IMG/VR virus record: IMGVR_UViG_3300010430_000003
Location: 1 to 64,000 of that record
Length of the DNA: 64,000 bases
Reading direction: 5' to 3' (one strand)
The position numbers and the translations under genes are program-made. Of this stretch, positions 39,016-48,695 are shown one piece after another. The stretch's first letter is position 1; each line of letters begins with the position of its first letter. The notes under the pieces were generated by a model. It worked only from the letters and a program-made list of their open reading frames with translations, was not told the DNA's origin and ran no database searches.

Positions 39016-39549
39016 ATGTCTTTAATCACTGTTAAAAAACGTCGGAAGGTCTATGTACAAGGTCAAAAAGCAGAATTGCGTATCAAGGGTGATTGGCATT
39101 GGGCTCATTATTATCTCGCAATATTTGCCTTTATTTCAAATATCTTTATTAAGGGATATAAAAAGAGATTCATGGAAGATTTCATTACCGTAAGTAAAGT
39201 TATCAAACCAGTTATTTATATTCCTATCAATCGCAAGGGAATCTCAAAGCAATCTCTTGAGCATGAGGTTGTTCACCTAAAACAAATGGGCGGTTTTTTC
39301 AAGAAGGTTGCTTATTCGTTTAATTATTTGTTAAGACCTAAAAAGAGATTTTTCTATGAATTGGAAGCCTATGAAGTCGAGCTTGGTTATATCTTGAAAG
39401 AAGAAGGAGAAATTCCTATTCGTGATAGAATTAAATATGCCAAGATAATGTCTAGCAAAATGTATTATAGCCCTGTTTCTTTTGAAGTTGCCTTGGAAGA
39501 AGTTCATAAGGTTTGTGATAAAATGGAGAAAGAGAGTGTCAATATTTAA
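39016..39549 (+). CDS. Putative zincin-like metallopeptidase (HExxH)
   Basis: SLEHEVVHLKQ plus downstream ELEAY; one hydrophobic segment near the N-terminus. Confidence 0.6.
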   Translation: MSLITVKKRRKVYVQGQKAELRIKGDWHWAHYYLAIFAFISNIFIKGYKKRFMEDFITVSKVIKPVIYIPINRKGISKQSLEHEVVHLKQMGGFFKKVAYSFNYLLRPKKRFFYELEAYEVELGYILKEEGEIPIRDRIKYAKIMSSKMYYSPVSFEVALEEVHKVCDKMEKESVNI

Positions 39550-40627
39550 GTTTAAAGAAGAGGACATCTTCAGAAATACAGTTAGAACACATCCTTATGT
39601 GTCCTTTTTTATTTATGACGGAGAGATTTATCACAATCAACTCTTCCCCTCTTCTTCGTTGGGAGTATATTCCTTCATAACAAAACAAGGAACTCGCGAA
39701 TCATTTAAGACAGTTTCAACTTCTGAGTTTAATGAAAACTTTTTGTTTGGTGACACTCTAACTGGTAGTTCTATATCATATTTTTCAAGCACCTTGGAAC
39801 GAACAAGATATGATTCAAGTGCAAGAACTAAGATTAATGCTCTAAGAAATACGTTGGATTATTACAAGTATATTAGCCCACACTTTGCATATTCTTCTGA
39901 TTTGGGTAATAAGTCATCACAAGATATCAATTTAATTGAAATACCTGCCATCTTCTATGGGTCACGGATAAAACCAAAAAGCATGGAATGTAAGTTTTAT
40001 GTATCAGGTACGCTTGTTGGACATATTCAAGATCAGAACGGAAATGGTGAACTTATTCAAATAGGGCCAGAAGGAAGCGTCGGTTCTGGTTCTGTGGCGG
40101 GAGTTGTTTTATATAAAGAAGGTTTCTTGATTCTTACAGGTAGTTGGGATTTAACAGAAGAGGGTTTTGACTTCGAAGATGGTGCGGGCAATATTGATGG
40201 CAATTGGACTCACTTTGGAGGTGGCATTGATCCTTCTTTTGGGCCAAGTGTGATGCCCGAGATTTCATTTGAAATGAATTTTTCAGGGACACAAAGGGTG
40301 CAGAATGTTACGATGATGTGTCATGCTCTTGAGAGTGAATTGAATTATTCAAATAATCCCACATATGTTCAATACGGTCAGAAGAATACTGGTTCCTTAG
40401 ATTATGCTACCAAAACTCAATATAAAGAAGACGCACAACTTGTGATCAAAAATATTGCAAATAACGGTTATGCAGACCCCACTGGAAGTTTTGAGAAAAT
40501 TACATATATTAGTAAAGTTAAAATTTATGACGAAGATATGAACGTGATTGGTGTGGCAAAATTAGCTCAACCATTAAAGAAAAAAGAAAATCGTTCGTAT
40601 ACTGTTAAACTAAGTGTAGATGTGTGA
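39536..40627 (+). CDS. Putative tail/baseplate structural protein, paralog of 30829..31890
   Basis: ELNYSNNPTY...ISKVKIYDEDMNVIGVAKLAQPLKK; likely GTG start at 39536 (ORF track starts at 39482). Confidence 0.6.
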   Translation: MSIFKFKEEDIFRNTVRTHPYVSFFIYDGEIYHNQLFPSSSLGVYSFITKQGTRESFKTVSTSEFNENFLFGDTLTGSSISYFSSTLERTRYDSSARTKINALRNTLDYYKYISPHFAYSSDLGNKSSQDINLIEIPAIFYGSRIKPKSMECKFYVSGTLVGHIQDQNGNGELIQIGPEGSVGSGSVAGVVLYKEGFLILTGSWDLTEEGFDFEDGAGNIDGNWTHFGGGIDPSFGPSVMPEISFEMNFSGTQRVQNVTMMCHALESELNYSNNPTYVQYGQKNTGSLDYATKTQYKEDAQLVIKNIANNGYADPTGSFEKITYISKVKIYDEDMNVIGVAKLAQPLKKKENRSYTVKLSVDV

Positions 40628-40634
40628 GGTTTAA

Positions 40635-41156
40635 ATGATTGTAATTGGTCTTGATGTTTCAACTAGTATTACCGGCATAGCTGTAATGGATAATGGAAAA
40701 TTAATCCATTCTGTATCTGTTAATACAAAGAACAAAAAGCATTTCCCAGAACCCACCGATGTTGCCTTCAAAATTCGAGAAGAATTAATTAGTCTTAACT
40801 TATTGCCAGATAAGATTATAATAGAGGAGTCATTGTTTGGTTTTGCTGGCGGAAGAACAACAGCAAAAACTCTCATTAAACTTGCTCAAATAAATGGTTT
40901 GGTTTGTTTCATTTGTGAGGATTTATACAGACAGAAACCTGAAAAGATTTCTGCTCGGAAAGCTCGGAAGAAAGTTGGAATTGTTATACCTGCCAAAACT
41001 GATAGAAAAGAAGTAAAGAAAATTGTCTTGAAAGAGATGAATTCACGACTTGAAAATTTCACATTTGAACATACAATTCATGGGAATCCACGAGAAGAGG
41101 CGTTCGACCGAGCAGACGCCGCTGTAATCGCTTTATCCCATGATATAGATGAATGA
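40635..41156 (+). CDS. ruvC: RuvC-like Holliday junction resolvase
   Basis: VIGLDVSTSITGIA, IIIEES and DRADA supply the RNase H-fold acidic residues. Confidence 0.85.
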   Translation: MIVIGLDVSTSITGIAVMDNGKLIHSVSVNTKNKKHFPEPTDVAFKIREELISLNLLPDKIIIEESLFGFAGGRTTAKTLIKLAQINGLVCFICEDLYRQKPEKISARKARKKVGIVIPAKTDRKEVKKIVLKEMNSRLENFTFEHTIHGNPREEAFDRADAAVIALSHDIDE

Positions 41157-42090
41157 AAAGAAGAAGGTTTTAGATTCGATTCTAGGTGCTCCCGTCCGTT
41201 CTGGTCGGGAGTTTTTGCATTATTGCAAGTTATGTAATCATCATAAAAGAAAATTATCAGTCAATTATGAGAAAGATTGTTGGAAGTGTTGGATTTGTGA
41301 TGATGCTGGTTATGACCTATCTAGATTAATTAAAAGATGGGGAACCTTCCAAGATAAGCAACAGTGGGCAGAGATCGACTCTACCATTGATCTCTCAATG
41401 TTCAAGGAGCAGTTCTTCTCTTTATTGGAATCTGATTCTGTTGAGAAGGAAGAGCAGGTTATATCACTACCTGACGATTTTGAAACCCTTGCAACTAAAC
41501 AAAGAAATTTTGAATCCATCCAAGCTAGGATGTATTTGAAAGAGAGGGGAATAGCATTCAATGATATTGTTCGATGGAAGATTGGTTATGCACGAACCGG
41601 AGAGTATCGTAATCGAATTATAATTCCTTCCTTTAATCGCAATGGTGAAGTTAATTTCTTTATAGCCAGATCATATACAGATGATTGGATGAAGTATAAG
41701 AATCCAGATTTGAGTAAAGATATCATTTATAATGATTTGTTCATCGATTGGGTTAATGATGTTATCATTGTTGAAGGTGTATTTGATGCCATTAGAGTTA
41801 AGAATGCAATTCCAATTTTGGGCTCAACTTTAACAGAAAAATCAAAACTGTTTGCTGCTTTGGTACGCCATAAGCCACGCATCTATGTGGCACTAGATCC
41901 TGATGCCGAAAAGAAGAGTCTAAAACTAATTATTAAGCTGTTAGAATACGGCATGGAAGTTTACAAGATTAATACTTTTGGATATGAGGATGTGGCAGAA
42001 ATGCCACTTGAGATTTTTAATAAACGCAAGAACGAAGCGCTTAAAATGGATTCTGAGTCCTTCTTGTTTTATAAGATCTTGTCCCTCTGA
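41149..42090 (+). CDS. DNA primase (zinc-binding domain + TOPRIM)
   Basis: CKLC...CWIC zinc motif, NRIIIP, KYKNP, IIVEGVFDA, ALDPDA. Confidence 0.9.
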   Translation: MNEKKKVLDSILGAPVRSGREFLHYCKLCNHHKRKLSVNYEKDCWKCWICDDAGYDLSRLIKRWGTFQDKQQWAEIDSTIDLSMFKEQFFSLLESDSVEKEEQVISLPDDFETLATKQRNFESIQARMYLKERGIAFNDIVRWKIGYARTGEYRNRIIIPSFNRNGEVNFFIARSYTDDWMKYKNPDLSKDIIYNDLFIDWVNDVIIVEGVFDAIRVKNAIPILGSTLTEKSKLFAALVRHKPRIYVALDPDAEKKSLKLIIKLLEYGMEVYKINTFGYEDVAEMPLEIFNKRKNEALKMDSESFLFYKILSL

Positions 42091-42099
42091 GGGAAAGAA

Positions 42100-42396
42100 A
42101 TGTCGCAAGAAGATGAGTTTACTTTAGGGTTATTTCTGCACGGAACATGCATTTATAACCGCATTGATGAAGATAATAGTAGAATAAATTATTATTGCAT
42201 ATCTTGCAAGCGCTCGGTGGGGAAAGAGCTTTATAAGAGGTTTGGTGAATGTCCATCCTGTAGGCTTAATTCTGTTATTCCCCTTGAGGGGAGAAATATT
42301 TTCAATAGACTCCAAGTAGAAGTTCTAAGAGAAAGAATAATATTGGATACATTGAGAAATTTTGATTTTGAAGAGTTTGATGATTTGGAGGATTAA
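42100..42396 (+). CDS. Small zinc-ribbon protein
   Basis: CISC...CPSC. Confidence 0.6.
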   Translation: MSQEDEFTLGLFLHGTCIYNRIDEDNSRINYYCISCKRSVGKELYKRFGECPSCRLNSVIPLEGRNIFNRLQVEVLRERIILDTLRNFDFEEFDDLED

Positions 42397-42485
42397 TGAG
42401 TCATGATTGGCAAGAGTATTATAAAGAAAAGTATGAAAAGGTTCTTGAACAATTAGAGCCACACTTTTTTAAGAGGAATAAATGA
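42396..42485 (+). CDS. 29-aa micro-ORF MSHDWQEYYKEKYEKVLEQLEPHFFKRNK
   Basis: Read manually; TAATG overlap with the upstream stop and ATGA overlap with the downstream start; GGAGG upstream. Confidence 0.55.
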   Translation: MSHDWQEYYKEKYEKVLEQLEPHFFKRNK

Positions 42486-45400
42486 AAATTGCTCACCTCG
42501 CCGACATTCATATTAGAAATTTGAAGTATCATGAAAATTACAAAAAAGTTTTTAATAAATTATATTCTTCTCTTAAAGAAAACGAGCCTGATGTAATAAT
42601 AGTTGCTGGGGATATAGCACATACAAAAATCTCCATCTCTCCAGAATATATTGACATCTCTTCTGATTTTTTGCGTAGTTTATCGTCACTACAAAAGACG
42701 ATAGTGATTCCGGGGAATCATGATATGGTCTTATCCAATCTCAACAGGCAAGATTCCATTTCACCAATTGTTAAAAATATTAATAATGATAATTTAATTT
42801 TTTTGAAAAAATCAATTAATTATCAAGTTGGAAATATTAATTTTGGCAATATATCAATTTGTGATGATATAATTCTAAAACCCAAGGAAGGTTATATTAA
42901 CATTGCTCTATATCATGGAGCTATCAAGGGTGCTAAAACAGATACCGGCTGGATTATTGAAAAGGGCGATCATGACGTTGAGATCTTTGATGGTTTTGAT
43001 TTTGCGATGCTTGGTGATATTCACAAATCAAACCAAGTCATGGATACAGAAGGCAGGGTAAGATACTGCGGGTCACTCATCCAGCAAAATTTTGGTGAAG
43101 ATCAAGAGAAAGGATATCTCATGTGGGATATTCAAGACACAGATAACTTTGAGTGTGAATTCATTCCATTGGAAAATGAATGCCCATTTGTTACTACTGA
43201 GTATGGAAACATGGGCACTATCCCTTCTAACTCAATGCTCCGAATCGTATTAACTGAGGCTCTCACTAAGAAGGAAGTAGATGATTATCTGATGTATGTG
43301 TCTGATACCTTTACTCCAAAGCTATTAACAACGATAACTGAGAAGAACTTTACAAAAACTGGAAACAATCTCAAAATCAATAATGATGATATTTTGCTTG
43401 ACGCAGTTCAAGAAAAGTTTTTAACAAATTATGTTGAGAGGGAGATTGAAGACGAAAGAATAAAAGGTAGAGTGTTGGAACTTGCCAACAACTACAAGCA
43501 AGATGTTAAAGATACTTCTTCAATTAATTGGACAATCGAAACAGCAGAATGGAGTAACCTTTTTTCTTATAAGGACAATAACAAAATATCCTTTGCAGAT
43601 AAACAAGGGATAACAGGGATTTTCGGTGCGAACTATTCAGGCAAATCATCTGTGGTAGAAATAATTCTGCTTGGCCTGTTTAATTCAACATCCAAATCAA
43701 TTCCGAAAAGTGTTGATTATATTAATGAAGACGAAAACTATGCAGAGGTTACTGTAACCTTAGTATCTGGTGAGGATGAAATTGAAATTGTCCGTTCCTT
43801 TACAAGAAAGAAGAATTCCGCAGCTACTACTGTTGATTTCTATATCAATGAAGAAAAGTTCAATGGTCAGTCAAGAACTGAGACTGATAAAATCATTCAG
43901 GCTTATTTGGGCTCTAAAGATGATTTCATGAATACGACAATTGCCACGCAGTTCGGCTCTCTCCAGTTTGTTGAATCCAAACCAACAGCTAGGAGGGAGA
44001 CAATCTCTCGGTTTTTTGGATTGGATGTATTTAGTGAAAAGCATAAAAGAGTGTCAGATGACTATTTGGAGAGCAAAGGAATTGTTGATCTCTTAAAGAA
44101 GAAGATTGACAGTGGTATTTCCATTTCTGATATTGAAGAAGAAATTGACAGGAAAAAGAAGTATTTGGAGGCTCACATTTCAACCAAGAACGTAAAAGAA
44201 CAGAGTCAATCTGAATATGCTGTGAGAGCCTCTGAGCTTGAATCTAAGCTAAAGAAGGTTCCCGCTGATATAGGAGATGTCTCTAGTCTGGAACAGAAGG
44301 TGAGGCAATATGAGAGCGCTGAAGGGCTAACTAAAAAAGAACTTGCTTCACTTCAAGAACGTGAGACTAATGTTGATGAAAAAATATCAAGAGTTAAGAA
44401 GGAACTTTTAAACATAGATTATGAAGCATTGCTAAGTAAGCGTGAAGTGTTGGATGGTTTTAAAAGTAAGAAGGAGACTGCCTTATCTATTAAAAGAGAC
44501 TTTGAGTTGCAAAGAGGTAAAATTGAGAGGGCAAAAGAAACTATAGCTAGCCCACCATGTCACAAGAACAATCTTAATTGCTGCAAGGTAAAAGAAGCTC
44601 AAAAGTTCTTAGATAGTCAAGATAAGCTTATAGAGAATGTCGAAAAGTCTCAAAAATTAATTGAAGCTGTTAATTCTAAAATTAGCCAATTTAATGAACA
44701 GGAGTTAAGGCTTCAAATTCAAGAAAAAGAAGACAAAGATAATCTTCTAAGAGAGTTAGAGACTTTGAAGATCAGTGTAGCTAACAAAATTAATAGCGCG
44801 CAGTTTAAAATAGACAAGATACTCTTTGAAAAGAAGAAGAGTAATGAAGCTCTTGAGAAGAGCAGAGAGAATACTAGTCTCTTTGAAGAAAAAGAGCAAA
44901 TGGAGAGTAAACTTGCAAGCTTAAAAAAGATATCTTCTAACATTGAAGGTGAAATTAAGAGCATTGATTGTGAAATAGCAAACTTAAATAAGTTTATTGG
45001 TGCCCAAGAAGAGAAAATTAAGACCGTCAATGACATGAGAGAAGAATACAACGACAAATTGTTTGATTTTGAAGCTTTGGAGTATTTAAGGAAAGCTTAC
45101 CACAATAAAGGAATTCCATTATTAATTATCAAGGACAAAATTCATATTTTGAACTCGAAAATTGATGAATTGCTTAGTGGAATTGTGGATTTTTCAATAT
45201 ACATCGAAGAGAATGAAAATATTGAAATTATGATTCATCACCCAAGACAAAAACCAAGAAAAATCAACTTGGGGTCTGGTGCTGAAAAGATCTTTGCTTC
45301 AATTGTTATCCGAATTGCCCTTATGAGTGTTACAAGTCTTTCTAAAGCAGAACTGTTCATTCTAGATGAACCAGCTACTGGCTTGGACGAGGAACATATG

Positions 45401-45541
45401 AGTGCTTTTATGAAGATTTTGGATGTTGTGAAGTATAATTATGAAAATGTGATTTTGATCACTCACTTGGGCATGTTAAAGGATAAAGTAGATTATGCTT
45501 TTGATGTTCAAAAGAGTGAAAACGTGTCGAGGATATTATGA
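42482..45541 (+). CDS. Fused SbcD/Mre11 (gp47-like) nuclease and SbcC/Rad50 (gp46-like) ATPase
   Basis: LADIH, AGD, PGNHD, LGDIH phosphoesterase motifs; Walker A GANYSGKSS; coiled coil; signature LGSGAEK; Walker B ILDEP; H-loop LITH. Confidence 0.92.
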   Translation: MKIAHLADIHIRNLKYHENYKKVFNKLYSSLKENEPDVIIVAGDIAHTKISISPEYIDISSDFLRSLSSLQKTIVIPGNHDMVLSNLNRQDSISPIVKNINNDNLIFLKKSINYQVGNINFGNISICDDIILKPKEGYINIALYHGAIKGAKTDTGWIIEKGDHDVEIFDGFDFAMLGDIHKSNQVMDTEGRVRYCGSLIQQNFGEDQEKGYLMWDIQDTDNFECEFIPLENECPFVTTEYGNMGTIPSNSMLRIVLTEALTKKEVDDYLMYVSDTFTPKLLTTITEKNFTKTGNNLKINNDDILLDAVQEKFLTNYVEREIEDERIKGRVLELANNYKQDVKDTSSINWTIETAEWSNLFSYKDNNKISFADKQGITGIFGANYSGKSSVVEIILLGLFNSTSKSIPKSVDYINEDENYAEVTVTLVSGEDEIEIVRSFTRKKNSAATTVDFYINEEKFNGQSRTETDKIIQAYLGSKDDFMNTTIATQFGSLQFVESKPTARRETISRFFGLDVFSEKHKRVSDDYLESKGIVDLLKKKIDSGISISDIEEEIDRKKKYLEAHISTKNVKEQSQSEYAVRASELESKLKKVPADIGDVSSLEQKVRQYESAEGLTKKELASLQERETNVDEKISRVKKELLNIDYEALLSKREVLDGFKSKKETALSIKRDFELQRGKIERAKETIASPPCHKNNLNCCKVKEAQKFLDSQDKLIENVEKSQKLIEAVNSKISQFNEQELRLQIQEKEDKDNLLRELETLKISVANKINSAQFKIDKILFEKKKSNEALEKSRENTSLFEEKEQMESKLASLKKISSNIEGEIKSIDCEIANLNKFIGAQEEKIKTVNDMREEYNDKLFDFEALEYLRKAYHNKGIPLLIIKDKIHILNSKIDELLSGIVDFSIYIEENENIEIMIHHPRQKPRKINLGSGAEKIFASIVIRIALMSVTSLSKAELFILDEPATGLDEEHMSAFMKILDVVKYNYENVILITHLGMLKDKVDYAFDVQKSENVSRIL

Positions 45542-45798
45542 TGCACATTAAAGAGTTGTTTGTAGAGAATGGTGAAGGAGATAAACTTTCAATGGGAAGG
45601 ATCATGGCATGGATGGTTTTCATCGTCATGATTATTTGGTGGTTCGCGAAGACTGGCGATATCCCAGAAAACATGCTTTATGTATTTGGTTTTCTTATGA
45701 GCTATAACTTTGGTAAGAAAGTTAAAGAGCTTGGAACCAACTATGTTGATGTTATTTCAACTAGAGCCGGCAAAACTGTTGAAAAACTAGAGGATTAA
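45538..45798 (+). CDS. Holin-like small membrane protein
   Basis: 86 aa, two hydrophobic segments, charged C-terminus. Confidence 0.5.
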   Translation: MMHIKELFVENGEGDKLSMGRIMAWMVFIVMIIWWFAKTGDIPENMLYVFGFLMSYNFGKKVKELGTNYVDVISTRAGKTVEKLED

Positions 45799-45802
45799 TA
45801 TT

Positions 45803-46177
45803 ATGACTTGGTTAAAGAAAGTATATTATTGGATTACTCAATATTGGTGGGTTTTGCTTACCATTATTGCTGGTGTATTAGTAATGTTGTTATTTCCGTC
45901 TAGCAATAGAAAACATTGGAAAGCCGTTGAGTATTTCCAAGGCAATGTCAGGAAAAGAAAGAAAAACTATGATGATCTTGTTTCAGATGTTAAGAGAGCA
46001 GAAGAAAGGAAATCTGAAACTCTTAAAAAGATTGAGAAAGAATACGGCAAAAAGAAGGAAGACTTAGATCGCAAGGAAAAGAAAGAGGTTGATCGAATCC
46101 TCAAGGAAACGGAGAACGATCCTGAGTTGGTAGCTAGAGAACTCGCGGAAAAGATGGGATGGACATATGTTGAATAA
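45803..46177 (+). CDS. N-terminally anchored coiled-coil membrane protein (i-spanin-like)
   Basis: Hydrophobic WWVLLTIIAGVLVMLLF followed by a charged helical region. Confidence 0.45.
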   Translation: MTWLKKVYYWITQYWWVLLTIIAGVLVMLLFPSSNRKHWKAVEYFQGNVRKRKKNYDDLVSDVKRAEERKSETLKKIEKEYGKKKEDLDRKEKKEVDRILKETENDPELVARELAEKMGWTYVE

Positions 46178-46604
46178 GATGGTAGTGTTCTTAAGTATTA
46201 TTTTGTTTTCAACAACCGCTTTTGCTCAAGAAGCCAAAATTGCTTATGTAAAACAGGGGGAGAAAGCTCCATATGCTGGATATCTCTTATCACCCTTGGC
46301 ATTGGCTGAACAGCAAGCAAAGTTAACTGTGGTTGAGGCTGAGTGGTCTGCTAAAATGAAATATGAACTTGATAAACAAAAAGCAGAAAATGATTATAAA
46401 CTAGCCGTTGAAAAATCAAACAGCAACTTTCTTAAAAAAGAAAATTTGATTGTTATTGATGAGAAAGAGTTTTGGAAAAAGCAATCAAAAAGAACTTTGT
46501 GGGAAAAGATTGATATGCCTGTTGGAATCGGAATTGGTTCTGTTGCTACCTATTATTTAATTACTGTGATGCTTAAGACGGTGAGACCTGATGAATTACA
46601 TTGA
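46167..46604 (+). CDS. Secreted/membrane coiled-coil protein (spanin-partner-like)
   Basis: SPase I-like signal (TAFA|QE), coiled coil, C-terminal hydrophobic segment; no lipobox Cys. Confidence 0.4.
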   Translation: MLNKMVVFLSIILFSTTAFAQEAKIAYVKQGEKAPYAGYLLSPLALAEQQAKLTVVEAEWSAKMKYELDKQKAENDYKLAVEKSNSNFLKKENLIVIDEKEFWKKQSKRTLWEKIDMPVGIGIGSVATYYLITVMLKTVRPDELH

Positions 46605-46950
46605 AGAAAGACCTTGGGGTAAGTTTGAAATAATTTATGAAAGTGATCAAATTAAGGTTAAAAAGATTACTGTAAATCCATATTCACGCTTATCATTGCA
46701 ATCTCACAACCACAGAGAAGAAGAGTGGACTGTTGTTGAAGGCGTATTGGGAGTTTCATATGGTGAGCACGTTGATGATATATTTGAAGTATATGTGCAT
46801 GTTGCTGGGTCGAAGCACATCCCACAAGGGGTGATTCATAGAGCTTTTAATGACACGTCTAAGAAAGCTGTTTTCATCGAAATCCAGAAAGGTACTTATT
46901 TTGGAGAAGATGATATCTTAAGATATGAGGATGATTATGGGCGAGATTAA
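46591..46950 (+). CDS. Cupin, mannose-6-phosphate isomerase type II C-terminal-like
   Basis: ERPWG, LSLQSH.HREEEW, HR..N, IEIQ.GTY.GEDDI.R.EDDYGR. Confidence 0.85.
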   Translation: MNYIEERPWGKFEIIYESDQIKVKKITVNPYSRLSLQSHNHREEEWTVVEGVLGVSYGEHVDDIFEVYVHVAGSKHIPQGVIHRAFNDTSKKAVFIEIQKGTYFGEDDILRYEDDYGRD

Positions 46951-47764
46951 AAGAGCGTTAGTTTTATCTGGTGGTGGTTCTAAGGGAGCATATCAAGTTG
47001 GTGTGCTTAAAGCACTTGCAGAAATGGGTCATAAATATGATGGTTATTATGGTGTATCTGTTGGTGCTCTTAATGCTGCATACCTCGGAATGTATTATGA
47101 TTTTGCAGATGGTGTAAAAGATTTAGAACAGAAATGGCTAAGTCTTGAAACTAAACGAATTTATAAGAAGTGGTTTGCGTGGCCTTTATCTATTCCATTT
47201 AAACCAAGTATTTATAACAGCACACCTCTTGAAAAGTGGGTGGGAGAAGAGATAAAAGAAGAAAAGTATATTAGACCTGTATCGGTTGGCTGGACTTCTC
47301 TTGCTACTGGTGAATATAGATCTATGAATAATGAGCACCCTGCTTTTAAGAAGTCTGTTATTGCCTCTGCTTCTTTTCCGGGGTTTTTTAAACCCGTTGA
47401 GTTTAGGAATGAATGGTTAATTGATGGTGGTGTCCGAAATGTCACACCACTTAAAGAAGCAATTGATTCTGGTGCTACGGAAATTGATTGTGTAGTTTTA
47501 GATGCCGCAGGTATTGAGTATTCTAATAAAAAACCCAAAACCCTTAATGTGTTATCACGCACAATCAATATCATGTTAGATGAAATTGTGGAGAACGATA
47601 TCAAAATGTGTCAGCTTTATAACAAGCACAATCTTGGTAGAAAGATCAAGTTAACAGTGTATAGACCTTCAAGCCCACTTGGTGTTAACTCACTTGATTT
47701 TAATTCTGAACAAAATAAAAAGTTGATGAAGTGGGGATATCAAGAAACATTTGAGTTAGTCTAA
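46925..47764 (+). CDS. Patatin-like phospholipase (likely start 46937)
   Basis: LVLSGGGSKG oxyanion loop, GVSVG nucleophile elbow, IDGG catalytic Asp. Confidence 0.92.
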   Translation: MRMIMGEIKRALVLSGGGSKGAYQVGVLKALAEMGHKYDGYYGVSVGALNAAYLGMYYDFADGVKDLEQKWLSLETKRIYKKWFAWPLSIPFKPSIYNSTPLEKWVGEEIKEEKYIRPVSVGWTSLATGEYRSMNNEHPAFKKSVIASASFPGFFKPVEFRNEWLIDGGVRNVTPLKEAIDSGATEIDCVVLDAAGIEYSNKKPKTLNVLSRTINIMLDEIVENDIKMCQLYNKHNLGRKIKLTVYRPSSPLGVNSLDFNSEQNKKLMKWGYQETFELV

Positions 47765-48165
47765 TGAAAATGTCAGAACAGGAAAAGCTGTGGTATCGAG
47801 TTGCAAGACTTGAGAAAGCAATCAGAGAGAAGTTTGGAGACCTCCCCGTTTCCAATTTTAAGAAGTTTTGGACTGAACAACATGAACAGTTATATCTTAC
47901 ACAATTGAAAGAGAAATGGGCCAAGAGATACTCTTTAAAAATTAAGACTGAGGAAGTAGAAGAAAAGTCTGGATATCTTATTAAGCGAAAACTATTTAAG
48001 GGGAGGCAAGAGGGTTGTAGACAATGTCCTGTTTGTAGTTCTTATAGCTTTGAGATTAAAGACGAATACTATTTTAATAAGTTTGAGTGTTGCTTCACTT
48101 GCTATATCCAGTGGGTCGAAGACAGAGTTGAAAGATGGAAAACAGGCTGGCGACCGAACTTGTGA
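47764..48165 (+). CDS. Zinc-finger-containing hypothetical protein
   Basis: CPVC...CCFTC. Confidence 0.6.
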   Translation: MKMSEQEKLWYRVARLEKAIREKFGDLPVSNFKKFWTEQHEQLYLTQLKEKWAKRYSLKIKTEEVEEKSGYLIKRKLFKGRQEGCRQCPVCSSYSFEIKDEYYFNKFECCFTCYIQWVEDRVERWKTGWRPNL

Positions 48166-48176
48166 GGAATTAATTA

Positions 48177-48695
48177 ATGGCTGATATTTACGAAATTACT
48201 AAGTTGATTAAACAAGCTGCGGCTGATGCCAAAGACCACCCATATGGTGGCAAAGATACTGGAGCGCTGGCAAGAGAAAAAGGACACGTAGTTAATGATT
48301 CACGAATTGTAGACGGATTTTCTGTTGGTGTTGGTGGCAACATTGTCACTATCACCTATGAAATTGAGTGCAAAATGAAAGACACTCATGCTAATAAATT
48401 TGATACTGATATTGAAACAACAATTAATGACTTAGCCTCTTATCTCAAAAAAGAGTATAAGAGTGCTAGTGGCGACACCCTAACTCTAACTCCTGATGGT
48501 GAAATGGATGTATTTATGCAAGAAGTTTCAAGGGTTAGGGTGCTCGTCAGAGCTTCCAAACATTATAAGATCGGGGGTGTTGACGAACCTGCCGATTCTC
48601 GTAAAGACAGAAAGAAGAAGTTTGATTCTTTAGAAACTATGTTAGAAACTAAATACAGCCCTGAAGTGGCATGGAAGAAGTACTTTGAGCAATAA
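48177..48695 (+). CDS. Hypothetical protein
   Basis: 172-aa ORF with GAGG SD. Confidence 0.6.
   Translation: MADIYEITKLIKQAAADAKDHPYGGKDTGALAREKGHVVNDSRIVDGFSVGVGGNIVTITYEIECKMKDTHANKFDTDIETTINDLASYLKKEYKSASGDTLTLTPDGEMDVFMQEVSRVRVLVRASKHYKIGGVDEPADSRKDRKKKFDSLETMLETKYSPEVAWKKYFEQ

Noticed and set aside
46167-46604. Calling this gene an o-spanin or u-spanin
   Set aside because: It has no lipobox cysteine, which both require.
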